From Candidatus Micrarchaeia archaeon (GTDB lineage Archaea > Micrarchaeota > Micrarchaeia > CABMEP01), in the NCBI GenBank assembly GCA_038886535.1, contig JAVZXS010000003.1, forward strand, positions 32,001 through 96,000: DNA of 64,000 nucleotides. The letters are read 5' to 3'. Made by a program: the position numbers and the translations under genes. Position 1 is the first letter of the stretch, and each line of letters starts with the position of its first letter. Below are positions 10,279 through 19,745 of this stretch, piece by piece. The notes beneath the pieces were generated by a model, which saw nothing but the letters and a program-made list of their open reading frames with translations, did no database searches and had not been told where the DNA came from.

Positions 10279-10400
10279 GCGGAGATCGCATAACCTGGTA
10301 GTGCGCAAGCCTGGAAACATTTCATCAGGCAATATAATTGTATTTGCCAGGAAGCTTGTGGTCCGAAAGGGCCTTGTGGGTTCAAATCCCACTCTCCGCG
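10279..10400 (+). tRNA. tRNA-Ser(GGA) with 36-nt intron at canonical 37/38 (10317-10352)
   Basis: Acceptor GCGGAGA/TCTCCGC, anticodon stem CAAGC/GCTTG, long variable arm, GTGGG-TTCAAAT-CCCAC; BHB central helix CTGG/CCAG. Confidence 0.93.
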
Positions 10401-10630
10401 CTTAAATACAAAATGTATGAAGTATCTATAGGAATAGGCCTATAGTAATATTTAAAAAGTTGTTTATGATAATATATTATACTTCTACATCTAACTTAAA
10501 TGTAAGTATAGAAGATGCATAAGAACAGTCTTAGGCATCTCATTCTTATTACAGAATTAAATTTCAATGGTGCTTGTACTTAATAAGCGTTAAAAGGTAT
10601 CATATTTAATCCGTATAAAGAGTGAATAGA

Positions 10631-11188
10631 ATGGTAAAAGATAATCTTCAAAATCCAAAATCAACTCCGAAAGAATCGGAGGATTTTAGAGGGATAGTGC
10701 ACATCCTTGGAAAGGATGTAAAAGGACAAATAATGCTTAGAGATGCACTTAGGCAGGTAAAAGGAGTAGGACAAAATCTGTCTAATGTTTTTGCAAATGT
10801 AATAGCAAAGGAAATGAACATTCCAAAGGATATTCAGATAGGAAAACTAAGTGAGGAACAGGTGGAAAAAATAGAAGATATGATAAAAAATCCAGCAAAG
10901 TATAAAGTGCCATCATACCTATATAACAGAAGAAAAGATCTTGAGTCAGGCAAGGATATTCATGTAGCTGGTCCAGATGTAGCATTTACAACAAGAAATG
11001 ACATCGAAAGACATAAAACATTATACACTTGGAGAGGATACAGACATGCTTATGGACAGAAGGTAAGAGGTCAAGGAACAAGAACATCTGGAAGAAAAGG
11101 ACTTACTGTAGGAGTTATAAGGTCAAAGGCAGTCCCAGGTGGGGCAGCCAAATCAGCTGAGTCTAAATCGGCTCAAGCAAAGAAGTAA
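10631..11188 (+). CDS. rps13: 30S ribosomal protein S13
   Basis: NRRKD, WRGYRHAYGQKVRGQGTRTSGRKG. Confidence 0.95.
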   Translation: MVKDNLQNPKSTPKESEDFRGIVHILGKDVKGQIMLRDALRQVKGVGQNLSNVFANVIAKEMNIPKDIQIGKLSEEQVEKIEDMIKNPAKYKVPSYLYNRRKDLESGKDIHVAGPDVAFTTRNDIERHKTLYTWRGYRHAYGQKVRGQGTRTSGRKGLTVGVIRSKAVPGGAAKSAESKSAQAKK

Positions 11189-11226
11189 TTTATATTTAAT
11201 TGGATTTGTTTATAGAAGTGATACTT

Positions 11227-11754
11227 ATGGGAGATCCAAGAAAATTGAGAAAGAAATATGAAGTACCACAGCAGTTGTGGGATTCTGCAAGAATTGAAGA
11301 AGAAGGATCCATGGTTGAGGAATATGGATTGAAGAATATAAGAGAGGTATGGATTGCAAAATCATTGCTTAGAAAGATAAGAAATGAATACAAATCTTTA
11401 CTTGCTCTTGGTGAGGCAGGAAACAAGCCAAAACAAGAGCTCCTTCAAAGAGTTATAAAGGCTGGCTACTGCAAACCAACTGCAGTTCCAGATGATATTC
11501 TTTCACTTACAACAAGAGATATACTTGAGAGAAGACTCCAAACTATAGTTGTAAGAAACGGTCTTGCAAAATCAATGAGGCAAGCAAGACAGTTGATAAC
11601 TCATGGATACATTTCAGTTAATGGAAGGAAAGTAAGATCTCCAAGCTATCAAGTATCTGTTGATATGCAGTCTAAAGTTGGATATTACAAACCAATCAAA
11701 TTAGATCTGACTGAAAAGGCTGAATTGAAGTCTCAAAAACCAGAGGCTAAATAA
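11227..11754 (+). CDS. rps4: 30S ribosomal protein S4
   Basis: [29 protein letters not shown]. Confidence 0.95.
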   Translation: MGDPRKLRKKYEVPQQLWDSARIEEEGSMVEEYGLKNIREVWIAKSLLRKIRNEYKSLLALGEAGNKPKQELLQRVIKAGYCKPTAVPDDILSLTTRDILERRLQTIVVRNGLAKSMRQARQLITHGYISVNGRKVRSPSYQVSVDMQSKVGYYKPIKLDLTEKAELKSQKPEAK

Positions 11755-11782
11755 TAATTATTTTTGTATAGGGTTGATGTTT

Positions 11783-12346
11783 ATGGCAGAAGAATCAAAA
11801 GAAAAATTAGTTCTGAAAGAAAAAGAACAGGTTAAACCAATAGAAGAGGAAGAGAAAAAGACAGAGAAAGGTGAAGAAAAAGAAGAGAAAAAAGAAGGAT
11901 TTAAGTTTAGAAAGCAGAAGGGAGGCGGAAGATTTAAGTCAAGGTCTGTTCTCCCATCTGGTCAAGGAAAGGTTGGAATTGCACATATTTATTCATCAAG
12001 AAACAATACGATTATTACAATAACTGATCTCAGTGGTGCAGAAATAATTGCAAGAGGAAGCGGTGGAATGGTTGTAGATGCAGATAGAGAGGAGGGCTCA
12101 CCATTCGCTGCAATGAGAGCAACCGCAAAGGCTGCAGAAATCGCATTGAGAAAAGGAATAACAAGAATTCGAGTTAAGATTAGAGCTCCAGGAGGACACA
12201 ATGAAAAGACACCTGGTCCAGGAGCACAGGCAGCAGTAAGAGCACTTGCACGTTCAGGTTTAAGAATAGAAAGAATTGAAGACGTCACACCTGTTCCAAC
12301 AGATACAACAAAGAGACCAGGTGGAAGAAGAGGAAGAAGAGTATAA
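11783..12346 (+). CDS. rps11: 30S ribosomal protein S11 (with charged N-terminal extension)
   Basis: [43 protein letters not shown]. Confidence 0.96.
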   Translation: MAEESKEKLVLKEKEQVKPIEEEEKKTEKGEEKEEKKEGFKFRKQKGGGRFKSRSVLPSGQGKVGIAHIYSSRNNTIITITDLSGAEIIARGSGGMVVDADREEGSPFAAMRATAKAAEIALRKGITRIRVKIRAPGGHNEKTPGPGAQAAVRALARSGLRIERIEDVTPVPTDTTKRPGGRRGRRV

Positions 12347-12399
12347 GCGATATGCATAATCATCCATACGCTTGTTTCAACTCTATCGAGAGGGATTGA

Positions 12400-12966
12400 A
12401 TGAAAATCAATATTGAATTAAACAATCCGGATGAAATGATATTTACCTTAAGCGATGCACCAACATCCATTGCAAATCTTATAAGAAGATATTCAATTAA
12501 TTCAGTACCTGTATTTGCAATTACAGAGGTTTCAATATACGAGAATAATTCATCTTTCTTTGATGAGTACATAACACATAGGCTTGGTTTGATTCCTCTT
12601 TCATCACCTCCAAAAGCAAAAGAAGGAGAAGAGGTAACTTTAATGTTGGATGTAACTGGCCCTGGCATGATATATGCAGAAAGTTTAAAATCAACAGACA
12701 AAAACGTAGTTCCAGTATATCCAAAAATGCCGATAATAAAGTTATTAGATGATCAAAATATAAGAATGGAGTGCAAGGCTGTTCTTGCACCAGGGAGAGT
12801 GCACGCAAGGCACCAGCCGGGAATAATTGCATATGAAAAAGACGGTAACAACTTTAAGTTCAAGATAGAATCATACGGTCAGATGACAGCTGAAATGATT
12901 CTCAAGAAGGCGCTTGCCAAAATAAAGGAGTCCGCAGAAAATGTGGAATCCTCTTTGGAGGAATGA
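12400..12966 (+). CDS. rpoD: DNA-directed RNA polymerase subunit D (Rpo3), short form
   Basis: ANLIRR, NNSSFFDEYITHRLGLIPL, HARHQP, IESYGQM; position after rps11. Confidence 0.92.
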   Translation: MKINIELNNPDEMIFTLSDAPTSIANLIRRYSINSVPVFAITEVSIYENNSSFFDEYITHRLGLIPLSSPPKAKEGEEVTLMLDVTGPGMIYAESLKSTDKNVVPVYPKMPIIKLLDDQNIRMECKAVLAPGRVHARHQPGIIAYEKDGNNFKFKIESYGQMTAEMILKKALAKIKESAENVESSLEE

Positions 12967-12998
12967 TAGGGCTTATGCCTCTGAGTTTATGTTAATCT

Positions 12999-13160
12999 GC
13001 AGGGGTGGCAGAGCCAGGTCAAATGCGCCAGCTTGAGGGGTTGGTGCCGTAGTGGCTGCGTGGGTTCAAATGAAACTTATTTAAGAAAGAAGTTTCATCA
13101 AGAAAATTCTTCGATGAGACTTCCTCAATAAGAAAGTTTCTGGAAATCCCACCCCCTGCA
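12999..13160 (+). tRNA. tRNA-Leu(GAG) with 76-nt intron in the T-loop (59/60; 13071-13146)
   Basis: Acceptor GCAGGGG/CCCCTGC, CCAGC-TTGAGGG-GTTGG, variable arm; T arm GTGGG-TTCAAA^T-CCCAC restored on intron removal; BHB helix TTCA/TGGA. Confidence 0.9.
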
Positions 13161-13233
13161 TGATGATCTGAATGCGTTCGAAAAAAATGTTAAAAAAATA
13201 AACGATCCACATAATATTTATTAGGTGTTGATT

Positions 13234-13575
13234 ATGATGAAAGGACCAGAGAGAATCGAAACAATAAGAGCGTTAAAATCTCTTTCAAAAGGAAAGGGAG
13301 CTTTATTTAAAGTATTATCAAAGTCTTTGAAGATGCCAAGAAGAAAAAAGATATGTGTTAATCTAAGCAAGATTTCAAGATATTCAAAACCAAATTCAGT
13401 AGTAGTTGTTCCAGGTAAAGTTCTTGCAGGTGGGGAACTGAAGCATAAGATTGATTTAGTTGCGCTGTCTTTCAGTGAGGTTGCTTCTAAGAAGATCAAG
13501 GCAAGCGGAAGTCAAATTCATGATTTTGACTGGCTTGTCAAAAGAGGAGCAAAGGATGTTATATTAATAAAGTAA
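13234..13575 (+). CDS. rpl18e: 50S ribosomal protein L18e
   Basis: VNLSKISR, VVVPGKVLAGG, FSE.A..KI. Confidence 0.92.
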   Translation: MMKGPERIETIRALKSLSKGKGALFKVLSKSLKMPRRKKICVNLSKISRYSKPNSVVVVPGKVLAGGELKHKIDLVALSFSEVASKKIKASGSQIHDFDWLVKRGAKDVILIK

Positions 13576-13609
13576 TAGATTTGTCTTCATAGATTATTGG
13601 GTGTTAAAT

Positions 13610-14032
13610 ATGATAATAAATGGCGAAGGAGCGATTCTTGGAAGAATGGCAGCTATCGCAGCAAAATCTGCATTAAAAGGTGAACAAGTTACGGTTGTTA
13701 ATGCTGAAAAGATAATCATATCTGGAAATCCAAGACAGATTGTTGAGAAATATAAAGTAAGAAGAAGCCTTAAGAACAAAGCAGATCCAGAAAAATCTCC
13801 AAAGTGGCCAAGAAGGCCAGATATGCTTGTAAGAAGAATAATAAGAGGAATGCTTCCATATGATAAAGCAACTGGAAGACAAGCATATAAAAGAATAAGA
13901 GTTTATATGGGTGTTCCAGAAGAATTCGCATCAAAACTTGGAGAAGCAATCGAATTTAAGAGAAATCTTCCAAGGAATTATATTTCTATAGGTCAATTAT
14001 CAAGAGAGTTGGGTTGGTATGGCAAAGCGTAA
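13610..14032 (+). CDS. rpl13: 50S ribosomal protein L13
   Basis: ILGRMAA, VNAEK.IISG, PRRPD..VRR.IRGMLP. Confidence 0.95.
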   Translation: MIINGEGAILGRMAAIAAKSALKGEQVTVVNAEKIIISGNPRQIVEKYKVRRSLKNKADPEKSPKWPRRPDMLVRRIIRGMLPYDKATGRQAYKRIRVYMGVPEEFASKLGEAIEFKRNLPRNYISIGQLSRELGWYGKA

Positions 14033-14564
14033 ATCTACTAAAACCGCGGAAGCGGCTGATGTTGAAAAAATTGAATCTTCTGAAAAATTAGAGAAAGAGA
14101 ATTTAGAGCAGAGTGAGGGAGAAAAAGAGTCAAAGCAAGATTCAAAAGTAAAGAAAAGAACTCCTAAAAAACAGATAGTGGTATCAGCAAGAAGAAAAAT
14201 GGCAATTGCAAGATCTACGATAAAACCAGGTAAAGGAATAGTTAGAATAAATAAGATAAACTTAAATGCAATAGACAATCCTTACGTAAAGACCTTGATC
14301 TCAGAGCCGCTTAAGATTGCAAACGATTATATTTCACAAGTAGACATTGATGTTAATGTATATGGTGGGGGCCAGATGGGTCAAGCACAGGCAGTAAGAT
14401 CTGCAATTGCTAAGGCTCTTGTTGCGTATACAAAAGATTCACAACTAAAGAAGGAAATGTTGGCGTATGATAGATTTATGCTTATAGACGATGTAAGACA
14501 GGTAGAACCTAAGAAATTCAAAGGAAGAAAAGCAAGAGCGAGATTCCAGAAATCATACAGATAA
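14019..14564 (+). CDS. rps9: 30S ribosomal protein S9 (with N-terminal extension)
   Basis: RKMAIAR, GGGQMGQAQA, EPKKF.G..ARARFQKSYR. Confidence 0.95.
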   Translation: MAKRKSTKTAEAADVEKIESSEKLEKENLEQSEGEKESKQDSKVKKRTPKKQIVVSARRKMAIARSTIKPGKGIVRINKINLNAIDNPYVKTLISEPLKIANDYISQVDIDVNVYGGGQMGQAQAVRSAIAKALVAYTKDSQLKKEMLAYDRFMLIDDVRQVEPKKFKGRKARARFQKSYR

Positions 14565-14665
14565 TTAGATTATTTAGATTATTTTAAAATTTTCTTAGTG
14601 TATATTCAATATAATTAGATAAAAATTAGATAAAAATGCGAAGTTAATAAAAAAGAGGTAATAAA

Positions 14666-14863
14666 ATGTTGCCACCAATAAGATGTTTCTCATGTGGGAA
14701 GCCAATAGGTCATTTATTTGAAGCCTACAAAGAAAAAACATCACAAGGTAAAGATACAGCAGCAGTTTTAGATGAACTTGGAGTAAAAAAATACTGCTGC
14801 AGAAGAATGTTTATTTCTTATGTTGATCTTAGTGATGAAGTCATACATTATAAAGGCCATTAA
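14666..14863 (+). CDS. rpoN: DNA-directed RNA polymerase subunit N (Rpo10)
   Basis: PIRCFSCGK, LDELGVKKYCCRRM. Confidence 0.96.
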   Translation: MLPPIRCFSCGKPIGHLFEAYKEKTSQGKDTAAVLDELGVKKYCCRRMFISYVDLSDEVIHYKGH

Positions 14864-14941
14864 ATTCAAAAAGTGATTAATTCAAAGGGTGATTATTAGT
14901 TTGAGATAAAATAATTATATATAGGATGGTCGCTTGAGAGC

Positions 14942-15050
14942 GGGGCTGTCTGCTAGCCTGGTTAGGCTTCCACCTTGGGGTGGTGGCGACCCGAGTTCAA
15001 GAACTTCAGGTTGAAAATGCCTGATGGTTGAACAAATCTCGGCGGCCCCA
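14942..15050 (+). tRNA. tRNA-Pro(GGG) with 35-nt intron in the T-loop (58/59; 15001-15035)
   Basis: Acceptor GGGGCTG/CGGCCCC, CCACC-TTGGGGT-GGTGG, T arm CCGAG-TTCAA^AT-CTCGG; BHB helix GTTC/GAAC; usual position after rpoN. Confidence 0.9.
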
Positions 15051-15101
15051 TTATCTCAATGATGTTAATTAGTTTGAGATTATAATTAGAAGGTTGATCA
15101 A

Positions 15102-15779
15102 ATGGTTGAAAATGAAAATCTTCAAGAAAAATATCTTGAAGCTGGCGTTCACATCGGAACCAGAGTGTCCAGCAAATGGATGAAGAAATTTGTATACAAA
15201 TTTAGAAAAGATAAGCTTGTGATGCTTAATGTTGAGATGATAGACAGCAGGATAAAGAATATGGCTAAGCTTCTTAGCAAGTATGATATGTCTAAGGTAG
15301 CTGTAGTAGCATCTCGTGTTTATGCAGTTCCGGCTGCGAAAAAATTTGCAGAAATATTTGGTGCGAAATCATTTTTAGGAAGATTTATTCCAGGTACATT
15401 TACAAATCCTTCAAATGAAAATTTCTTTGAACCACAAGTAATATTTGTTTGTGATCCAAGAGTAGAAAAACAGGCTCTTATAGAAGGAACATTTACTGGC
15501 GCATTGAATGTAGGATTGGCAGATACAGATAATTCAATAAAGAATCTTGACTACTTTATTCCTTGTAATAACAAAGGAAAGAAATCAGTCCCATTTGTTT
15601 TCTATCTTCTTTCAAAAGAACTTATGAAGGCAAAGGGAATGATTAAGGACGATTCAGAATTCAAATACAAGCCAGAGGACTTTGAGCTTACCTCCTTCAC
15701 AGCAGAAGAAAAGAAGGAAGTAGAAGAGTCTGAAAAAGAGGCCAAAAAAATAGAAGCAAAAGAAGAAGTAGAAGAGTAA
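15102..15779 (+). CDS. rps2: 30S ribosomal protein S2
   Basis: YLEAGVHIGT, GRFIPGTFTNP, DTDN, IPCNNKG. Confidence 0.95.
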   Translation: MVENENLQEKYLEAGVHIGTRVSSKWMKKFVYKFRKDKLVMLNVEMIDSRIKNMAKLLSKYDMSKVAVVASRVYAVPAAKKFAEIFGAKSFLGRFIPGTFTNPSNENFFEPQVIFVCDPRVEKQALIEGTFTGALNVGLADTDNSIKNLDYFIPCNNKGKKSVPFVFYLLSKELMKAKGMIKDDSEFKYKPEDFELTSFTAEEKKEVEESEKEAKKIEAKEEVEE

Positions 15780-15855
15780 GTATTCTTTTGTTTTCTTTAT
15801 TCTCTTCTTTTCGTCTCTTTTATTCTCTTCTTATTCTCTTCCTTTTATAATTCAT

Positions 15856-17097
15856 TTATCCTTTCATGCATTCATTCCTTAAAGAATTATCAATTATATA
15901 TACACAGTAGTCTGTTGCCAGCTGCTCTCTTTTTATTGCCATGTAGATGCATTGATCTTTGTAATACCCATCATTCATTTTTATACAGTTATCAAATGAA
16001 ACTTTACTTCCAGCTATAACTTGTAGATAACAATCAGAAACATCTTTTCTTGTTAAGCTTGATGTATTTAGTAGGATTTCACATTCAGATGGCATTGCGT
16101 TTGCTTTTGCCACATTTTGAACGCATACTTTTTTCAGCATTATTGTTTTTATTCTGTCACACCCATTCACATCTTTGCTTGTCATTGCATAATCCCAATA
16201 GCATGAATCTCTTTTTTGTTCTGTAGATATCTCTTTGCAGAAACTCATGTCTTCAGCTCTTACGACACATCTCTGATAGCAGTCATCTTTGTAATTTATT
16301 CCAGATATAACGTTACACCAAGAACATGAAGAAGTGTAAACAGAATAATATTGATAACAGTAATCTTTTATTTGGATATTCTCTATTGTTCCACATTGGA
16401 CATTCTTAGAAATTATACTTTCACATGCTGTCTTTATGCCAAGATTTGATATCATTTCACATTTATTTTCTGAAAGACTAATGGAATAGTTTAGATAACA
16501 TTCATCTTTTTGAAGTTGTGTGGTCATTTTTTCACATAAAGAAGCATTTTTCTTTGCTATTGCATTACATATATTAAGCATGTAACTGTCATTTAATTTC
16601 TTGCATTCTTCTACATAGTCTCTTAAAAGGCAATCATTCCTTAAAGTGGAATTTTGTATCATATTGCATGCAGAATCCCCAAATTTAACTGCTGCATTTC
16701 TAAAGCATAAGTCTCTTTCGCTCCCATTCAATTTATTACAATAGCTATAATTGTATTCGGAAAGCTTTGAGATGCACTCAACATAATATTTCTGATCAAA
16801 CTCTTCTTTTAAGAGAATTTCACAATCCTCTATATCATTGTTATTGTATGCTCTTTCAATTATGCATTTTTCCTTACCAATAAGCAGATCTTCACATTTT
16901 TTCGGAATGGTTTGGTTTGTCTCGTTTCCAGGCAAAGTCTGATTCGTCTGGTTCAAATTTGTTTCATTCTTCTTTATAATCGGCCCAATTTCAACATTCT
17001 TCTCTATGCAACCATACAGGAAAATCAGCGAAAGCAAAGCAACAAGAAGCATAAATATTCCAACTCTCACCTTTTTACCATTTGTTTTTCTTTCCAT
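15856..17097 (-). CDS. Cys-rich repeat membrane-anchored/lipoprotein-like surface protein
   Basis: Hydrophobic segment ending LIFLYGC; many ~23-25 aa repeats of the type C..I.....KD.CY; many NxT/S sequons. Confidence 0.75.
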   Translation of the reverse strand: MERKTNGKKVRVGIFMLLVALLSLIFLYGCIEKNVEIGPIIKKNETNLNQTNQTLPGNETNQTIPKKCEDLLIGKEKCIIERAYNNNDIEDCEILLKEEFDQKYYVECISKLSEYNYSYCNKLNGSERDLCFRNAAVKFGDSACNMIQNSTLRNDCLLRDYVEECKKLNDSYMLNICNAIAKKNASLCEKMTTQLQKDECYLNYSISLSENKCEMISNLGIKTACESIISKNVQCGTIENIQIKDYCYQYYSVYTSSCSWCNVISGINYKDDCYQRCVVRAEDMSFCKEISTEQKRDSCYWDYAMTSKDVNGCDRIKTIMLKKVCVQNVAKANAMPSECEILLNTSSLTRKDVSDCYLQVIAGSKVSFDNCIKMNDGYYKDQCIYMAIKREQLATDYCVYIIDNSLRNECMKG

Positions 17098-17143
17098 TTT
17101 TTCCCTCTCAATTATTTTTAATATCAAATACTTTAATATTAAA

Positions 17144-18049
17144 TCACATTCCCTCGTAACATTCTTCCCATCCTTCTTCTTCTGCCTGCTTCTTGAATTT
17201 GATTCCTATTAATTTATATGCAAGTTGTGCACATATGATGGATGGCATCTTGAATCCATTTATTGGTGCGTGTTCAGTTATATCCACCCCTATTATATTT
17301 CTTTTCTCTCCTATCTTCATCAATGGACTTACAACTTCATCCCAACTGAGTCCCCACGGCTCAGGCATTAATGTCGCAGGCATTAAGGAAGGGTCAAATG
17401 CATCTACATCTATACTTATGTAAACATTATCTTCTATTTCTTTCAGAAAGTCATTGAGCTCCTTCTGGTTGCTTATTCTGCAGTAAGCGTTAAGCTTTTC
17501 AGCTTCCTTGATTTCTTCACTTCCTATGCTTCTTGTTCCCAATAAGCTTACATTTATTTTATTTTCAACAAGCCTCTTTGTAACAGAAAGATTAGAGTTT
17601 TTATTTCCTTCAAATTCATCTTTCATATCTGTATGGGCATCAATGATTAGAACGCTGAACTCCTCATCTTTTTTCTTCATCTCTTCACTCGCAGCTTTTA
17701 CTGTAGCTATAGAAATAGCTTGATCTCCCCCAAGTACTACTGGAAACTTTCCATCCTGGATTATCTTTTTAGTGTTCAAATATATAGAATTCAATCCAGC
17801 ATCTCCTAAATAGATTCTTTCAGGAAGAGGATAAATTCTTGCTGCGCAGGGAGAGTAATTCAGTTGAAGGTCATAATCTTCCATGTTCCAGTTTTCAAGG
17901 ATCTCCGAAGGTCCAAGAAGTGTTTGTTCAGAAATAGATGTTGAAGCGAAAGGTGCAGGAAATATTACTGCTCTTGCTTCTTCATAAGTGACATCCAGTC
18001 CCATGAAGTTTACTTTAGGCAATATTGATTTTTCCTTCCTATCTGCCAT
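17144..18049 (-). CDS. agmatinase/ureohydrolase-family protein (divergent active site)
   Basis: LGGDQAIS, DAHTD, SIDVDAFDP, DITE; downstream of dys. Confidence 0.85.
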   Translation of the reverse strand: MADRKEKSILPKVNFMGLDVTYEEARAVIFPAPFASTSISEQTLLGPSEILENWNMEDYDLQLNYSPCAARIYPLPERIYLGDAGLNSIYLNTKKIIQDGKFPVVLGGDQAISIATVKAASEEMKKKDEEFSVLIIDAHTDMKDEFEGNKNSNLSVTKRLVENKINVSLLGTRSIGSEEIKEAEKLNAYCRISNQKELNDFLKEIEDNVYISIDVDAFDPSLMPATLMPEPWGLSWDEVVSPLMKIGEKRNIIGVDITEHAPINGFKMPSIICAQLAYKLIGIKFKKQAEEEGWEECYEGM

Positions 18050-18118
18050 AATCTAGTTTATAAGCTTTAGTTTAAAAAGTTTAGTTTTTATGTCTTTCGT
18101 ATTATGTTATGCGCTTTT

Positions 18119-19129
18119 TTATTTTCTGAATGCCCCAGCTACAAGCAATGGAAATGCAATTGTTGCATCGCAGAATACCTTAACACTTTTTGTACCTGGT
18201 TTTATTTTTCCCCAAGACACGGCCTCATCAGGTCTTGCACCACTGTCTGACCCACCCTCTTCAATTTCTGTATTTATATAAATAGTATAATCAGCTCCGT
18301 TTCTATATAAATTTGCATTCATTATATGATGTTTTATTATCCCACCACCTAGAACGATTACACCTGTTTTCTTTGCATCTAAAACCATGTTAACAAGTTT
18401 ATTCATGTCTGCAGCTATGTCAATTCTGAAGTCAGCATTTTTCTTATCACTTTCTCTAAAGAAGTAGACCATATCTCCTATAGATCCATCTGTTAATGCT
18501 GGGCAGAATGTTGGGATATTATTTCTTGAAGCCCAGTAATAAATTGATTTTTCATCCTGAACTTTAAGTCCTAATTTATGAATAAATTCAGAAGGAGTAT
18601 GAATACGTCCTGTGCTTCTTTGTTCATCAAGCAGCTCTTTCAAGAATGGATGCATCATCTTTTCAAATTCAATGTATCTATTATTTGGGACAAAAACATT
18701 TCCTATTCTATTAATTCCTTTTTTCCTTAATTCAGCACCGTCAGCTCTAAAATCCCCAACATAAAAATTGCCAAACGTTTTCAAAATGTCTTCTTCCACT
18801 CCACCTGTGGTTGTAACCAAAGCCTTAACCATTTTATGCTTTACAAGATATCTTATGACATCCCTTATACCGGAACTTACCATATTTGAATTATAGGCTA
18901 AAAAAATGTCTGCATTCTCTCTTCTCATTTCTTTAGCTATTTCTATGGCCTTGCCAAGGTGAGATGCTTGCATTCCTATATTGTAATATGAATTTATCAA
19001 TTCACTTACTTCATCATTGATTTCAAATTTATCAAAATCATAACCCTTAATAATAGGCAAATCATTAGGTTCTTCTGATTCTTTGTAATTTGCATCGTGC
19101 GCCTTTTTTATCTTATCTTTTGAAACCAT
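18119..19129 (-). CDS. dys: deoxyhypusine synthase
   Basis: SNMVSSG, TTGGVEED, GINRIGN, DGSIGD, GARPDEAVSWGK. Confidence 0.96.
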   Translation of the reverse strand: MVSKDKIKKAHDANYKESEEPNDLPIIKGYDFDKFEINDEVSELINSYYNIGMQASHLGKAIEIAKEMRRENADIFLAYNSNMVSSGIRDVIRYLVKHKMVKALVTTTGGVEEDILKTFGNFYVGDFRADGAELRKKGINRIGNVFVPNNRYIEFEKMMHPFLKELLDEQRSTGRIHTPSEFIHKLGLKVQDEKSIYYWASRNNIPTFCPALTDGSIGDMVYFFRESDKKNADFRIDIAADMNKLVNMVLDAKKTGVIVLGGGIIKHHIMNANLYRNGADYTIYINTEIEEGGSDSGARPDEAVSWGKIKPGTKSVKVFCDATIAFPLLVAGAFRK

Positions 19130-19193
19130 TTTCTTCACCTAACTTTATTAAATCACATGTAAGAATATTAAATCTTGCTGTTCTAATATATTT

Positions 19194-19658
19194 ATGGAAA
19201 TTCCAGAATCAAAACTTATAAAATCAGAAATTATTCTGCGAGATATGGATTTGAATGATGAAGTAAAAATGACAAGAAAATCTTTAGTAAGATGGTTAGC
19301 TTTATCTTTAGGAATAATATCAAAAAATGAGTCAAGACAGTCAGTTTTAAATGTTCTTGAGGCGCTTCTTTATTATCATCTTAAAGAGAAGAAAGAACCG
19401 AACTATCAAGATCTAGTTGAATATTTTTCAAAGAATAACATTCAAATGAATGAAAAAACAATAAGATATCACTTAACACAGCTTAGAAAGATGGGAATAC
19501 TTGAAGACAATCGAGGCACATATCGTTTTTCAGGATTTCAATATGATGATCTTTCTTCAGCTCTAGAAACAACATATCAAAAAAGAGCATATATGGCATT
19601 CTTTAACATAAAGCAATCGTTAAATATCCTTCAAAAAATGTACGAAGAACAGAAATAA
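19194..19658 (+). CDS. winged-HTH putative transcriptional regulator
   Basis: NEKTIRYHLTQLRKMGILE...GTYR wHTH pattern; divergent from dys. Confidence 0.65.
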   Translation: MEIPESKLIKSEIILRDMDLNDEVKMTRKSLVRWLALSLGIISKNESRQSVLNVLEALLYYHLKEKKEPNYQDLVEYFSKNNIQMNEKTIRYHLTQLRKMGILEDNRGTYRFSGFQYDDLSSALETTYQKRAYMAFFNIKQSLNILQKMYEEQK

Positions 19659-19745
19659 TTGTATTTAATTATTTGCTTGATTTAGTCATTGTATTTTTAC
19701 TCTCTTGATCTTTCAGATAAATTAAACTGCTTAGTAGGTGATAAA

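Noticed and set aside
10186..10392. 68-aa minus-strand ORF MGFEPTRP...
   Set aside because: It is the reverse complement of tRNA-Ser
14565..14900. Short imperfect repeats around rpoN (AATTAGATAAA; AATTCAAA..GTGATTA)
   Set aside because: Short, AT-rich, two copies each; no functional evidence
15780..15855. TTATTCTCTTC x3 between convergent genes
   Set aside because: Low-complexity pyrimidine tract, best explained as a terminator region
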